NCBI GenBank assembly: GCA_021817905.1
Contig: JAKAFM010000003.1
Span: 1-60,484 of the forward strand
Direction of reading: 5' to 3'
Length of the DNA stretch: 60,484 nt
Origin: a bacterium
GTDB taxonomy: Bacteria > Patescibacteriota > Microgenomatia > UBA12405
Each line of letters opens with the position of its first letter. Position 1 is the stretch's first letter. Shown here one piece after another: positions 59,906 to 60,484 of the stretch. The translations under genes and the position numbers were made by a program. The notes beneath the pieces were generated by a model. That model saw only the letters and a program-made list of their open reading frames with translations, did no database searches and was not told where the DNA came from.

Positions 59906-60484
59906 ATGCTATCTGGATTTATTATCAAAAAAGGTTCCATGGAAAAATATTTCCTGGACAATGGCACACAAATTACCGTAACTCACTGTCAGGCTAATCC
60001 TTTGACCGTAACTCAGGTGAAAACCGACGAAAAAGATGGTTACCAATCAGTACAGGTTGCCTATGGATCGCGTAAGCGTCTTGATAAACCAACCTTGGGA
60101 AAAATGAAGAAATTGGCTTTAGACCTTACTCCGAAAGGATTTTTAGAATTCAAAGCCACCGCTGATGCCTCTACTTCTGCACCTATTACGGTCGGCTCTC
60201 AAGTAACTATTGATACTGTTGTTTCAGAAGGGGATCGTGTGGACGTTACCAGCACTTCCAAAGGTCATGGATATTCCGGTGTTATCAAACGCTATGGTTT
60301 TCATCGTCAGCCAGTATCCGGTGGTCAATCTGATCGGACCCGTGCCCCAGGTGCTATTGGTGCCCAAACTCCTGGAAAAGTTGTCCGTGGTAAAAAAATG
60401 CCAGGTCATTATGGTAATGTTACCCACACGGTCACTAATCTCCGAATTGTCAAAATTAACAAAGACGCCTCCGAAATTTTAATT
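59906..60484 (+). CDS. rplC: 50S ribosomal protein L3, 3'-truncated by the window edge
   Basis: Not in the ORF track because no stop lies inside the window. Hand translation from ATG 59906 gives MLSGFIIKKGSM...TSKGHGYSGVIKRYGFHRQPVSGGQSDRTRAPGAIGAQTPGKVVRGKKMPGHYG, a clear L3 signature. Confidence 0.93.
   Translation, partial: MLSGFIIKKGSMEKYFLDNGTQITVTHCQANPLTVTQVKTDEKDGYQSVQVAYGSRKRLDKPTLGKMKKLALDLTPKGFLEFKATADASTSAPITVGSQVTIDTVVSEGDRVDVTSTSKGHGYSGVIKRYGFHRQPVSGGQSDRTRAPGAIGAQTPGKVVRGKKMPGHYGNVTHTVTNLRIVKINKDASEILI

Noticed and set aside
1-60484. CRISPR arrays, IS elements/transposases, integrases, prophage or toxin-antitoxin/defence islands.
   Set aside because: I noticed no regularly spaced direct repeats and no ORF with transposase, integrase, reverse-transcriptase, Cas or typical defence-domain motifs. 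Nearly every ORF is a core housekeeping or envelope gene. Whole-window repeat detection by eye is imperfect, so a self-dot-plot would be the decisive check.
1-60484. Alternative genetic code (UGA recoded as Gly or Trp, as in some candidate phyla).
   Set aside because: TGA terminates gatA, rmuC, the dnaK-dnaJ spacer ORF, the zinc-ribbon ORF and the oxidoreductase at positions consistent with normal protein ends. All conserved proteins are full-length under code 11.

Overview
This is a 60.5-kb, AT-rich, gene-dense chromosomal segment with about 54 protein genes, roughly 90% of them on the + strand. It is dominated by core information-processing and envelope genes. In order: a surface-glycosylation cluster (GT-C-like membrane protein, GT4, PAP2, DUF2298/YYY), a pcrA-like helicase, femAB-gatCAB, a UvrD-type helicase fused to a PD-(D/E)XK nuclease plus rmuC, hrcA-grpE-dnaK-dnaJ, nusA-infB...rpsO-pnp, a protease-less Lon AAA+ module, UDG family 4, RNase J, proS, ftsK, a rodZ-like gene, alaS, a 718-aa bitopic protein plus sortase, ruvX-mltG, a MiaB-family enzyme, rpoB-rpoC-rpsL-rpsG, a 3.3-kb four-gene insertion, then fusA-tuf-rpsJ-rplC. 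I recognised no rRNA, tRNA, CRISPR array, transposase/integrase or phage genes. Standard code 11 fits. Many housekeeping proteins are domain-minimised (IF2 479 aa, AlaRS 586 aa, HrcA 245 aa, cysteine-free DnaJ). Many hypothetical proteins have a TM anchor plus a Pro/Thr-rich linker. Together these suggest a reduced-genome lineage such as Patescibacteria/CPR; this is inference, not a database result. The strongest sequence-level signal is that Pribnow-like boxes sit 5-10 nt, most often exactly 6 nt, upstream of many start codons. This implies widespread leaderless transcripts, including two loci where divergent genes use overlapping -10 boxes. Shine-Dalgarno motifs are rare. I do not see a self-contained, clearly novel system such as a defence island. 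The best candidates for undescribed biology are (1) the 718-aa bitopic protein/sortase module that splits alaS from ruvX-mltG, (2) the interruption of the str operon between rpsG and fusA, (3) the orphan Lon-ATPase operon, and (4) terminator-like hairpins placed between predicted promoters and nusA, rpoB, fusA and proS.
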